Shown: one piece after another, positions 62,220-64,000 of the stretch
How the letters are laid out: every line of letters begins with the position of its first letter
Numbering within the stretch: position 1 is the stretch's first letter
Assembly: GCA_964016885.1 (NCBI GenBank)
Contig: OZ024741.1
Location: 191,456,001 to 191,520,000 of the forward strand
Source of the DNA: Eledone cirrhosa
Taxonomy: Eukaryota
Length of the DNA stretch: 64,000 nucleotides
Direction: 5' to 3'
The notes under the pieces: generated by a model
What the model saw: the letters and a program-made list of their open reading frames with translations, nothing else
Told to the model about the DNA's origin: nothing
The model's database searches: none
Program-made: the position numbers and the translations under genes

Positions 62220-62535
62220 AAGGAGAGGGACAAAATTAACCGATACCAGGAATTAAAGTGGGAGGTAAAAAGGATTTGGAACTGCCATGAAGTCAAAATG
62301 GTCCCAATTGTCATAGGCGCACTAGGTACTATCTCAAAAAGTTTCCAGGGAAGGTTAAAGAAAATTGGCCCCGCCACGCTTTTTGGAACGCTTCAAAAGG
62401 CATGCTTGCTGGGAACAGCAAGAACCCTCCGATACATCCTGAATATCTGAGGCTGCAGGTAGTGGCTTGATATTTCAACAAACTTTCCAGTTAACTAACA
62501 TCAATGACTGAGACTCAAAGAACAATAATAATAAT
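62215..62535 (+). mobile_element. Dong/R4-type LINE 3' tip between (AAT)n tracts
   Basis: EKINRYQELKWEVKRIW..VPIVIGALG..LQKACLLGTARTLRYIL. (AAT)n lies at 62185-62215 and 62524-62537. Confidence 0.8.
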
Positions 62536-62619
62536 AAAAAATTATATATATACACACACACACATACATATCTATATATACATATACACATACACACATA
62601 CACACACACACAATGACAA

Positions 62620-64000
62620 TTAACGGTGCTGTGATCGAATGTGGCTTTTTAGCCCAGCCAATGATCTAAAATGTCTTGCACAGAGTTGGGAACCATGATA
62701 AAATCATTCACCGGCAATAGATGGCTGTGGTTGGTCTTCATGTACTTTTGCATGTCGTTTGAGGCCTCCTGCTGATCTACACTCTCTACCACATGCTTGG
62801 CAGGTATGATGAGTAGCATCTCCAACAGCAGCCTGGTAGTCAACCACTGGTCTCACTTTATGACTGCGAAAATGACTTTCGAGTCAGATGACTTTCGATG
62901 TCAGCGCCATAGGATGACCTTCACTGTCTGGAAATGCAACAGCGATGCCCTTCCTCACATCCCTCTTTACTTTCTCGTATGCGATTCAAGATGTTTCAAA
63001 GGCAACTTTCCCCTCATATCCAGTATTTCTCCATTTATTACGATCAGCAGTTATGTTTTCCCATGTATCAGCAGAGATGTTAGCATCTTTCAAAGAGGCT
63101 TTCAATGAATCCTTATACCTCTTGTTTGATTTATGTGGCGGTCGTTTTCCTTTAACTAACTCTCCATAAAAGAGTTGTTTTGGTATTTTAGAATCCTTCA
63201 TCCTGGCAAGGTGACCACTCCATCGGAGTCTTTGCTTAAGCACAAGAGCTTCTATACTGTCACACACAGAGCTTTCCAAAATCTTGCATCACTGCTGTGG
63301 TCCCTCCAGTGAATGCCATGGATCCGTGTGAGACACATCTGATAAAAATGCTCCAATTGTTTAAGATGGTGTCGATATGTGACCCAGGTCTCGCAAGCAT
63401 AAAGAAAAGAAGAGAGCACACATGCCCTGTACACTTTACCTTTGTCTTCCTGCATGTTTCGCCAACCCCAAAGGCACCTTTCTAGCTTTCCGAAAGCATC
63501 ATTTGCTTTCCTAATCCTGAGTGGGATTTCATTATCGAGGTTGCTGTATCGATTGTCAGTGCTTCCCAGGTAGACAAACTTCTCAACCACTCCAAGTTGT
63601 TTACCATACACATAGATGTTTGGCTCACTGTACTGCTTACCAGGGGCAGGTTGGTACATGACGACGGTTTTCTTGAGACTGACAGTCAATCATAAGGCAG
63701 TGCAAGTATCAGAAAATGCATTCAAAATGTGCTGCATATCACTCTCTGTGTGCACTACAAGATCGCAATCACCTGCATACAAGAGGTCTATTATGATTGA
63801 TGTAAATACTTTTGCTTTTGCAGCAAAGCACCTGATGTTAAATATGCTGCCTGGGGTTCGATATCAGATGTAAACACCATGCTCACAATTCCTGAATGCA
63901 ATATAGAAAACCATTGCAAAGTATATGGCAAACAGGGTCGGTGCTGGAATATCCCCCTGTTTCACTCCATTTTTTACTGAGATAGGCCCCGACATGTTAC
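62620..64000 (-). mobile_element. RTE/BovB-like LINE RT to 3' region, running off the right edge
   Basis: GVKQGDIPAPTLF, LLYAGDCDL, KKTVVMYQPAPG, FVYLGS, LYACETW, RLRWSGH..IPKQLFYGEL. Confidence 0.88.

Overview
This is repeat-saturated, AT-rich eukaryotic DNA. The SINE, RTE and Penelope repertoire suggests a coleoid cephalopod, probably an octopus (inference). The only host gene I can support is four frame-compatible + strand exons of a multi-PLAT-domain, LOXHD1-like gene: 2966-3052, 35762-36011, 55324-55475 and 57255-57385. Its introns (about 32.7 kb, 19.3 kb, 1.8 kb and >6.6 kb) are almost all transposon-derived: five Penelope-like element (PLE) fragments, several Dong/R4-type and RTE-type LINEs, three Rep/Helicase Helitron remnants plus non-autonomous Helitrons, many tRNA-derived SINEs, three minisatellite arrays and (TA)n/(CA)n tracts. 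The most unusual signal is four fold-back (palindromic) elements in the second intron. Three carry hammerhead-ribozyme (HHR) architecture with 3' ends facing outward, and one places a near-complete HHR on the pre-mRNA strand about 200 nt upstream of an exon. Further degenerate HHR motifs sit at PLE termini. All calls were made by eye, and transposon boundaries are approximate unless termini are quoted.
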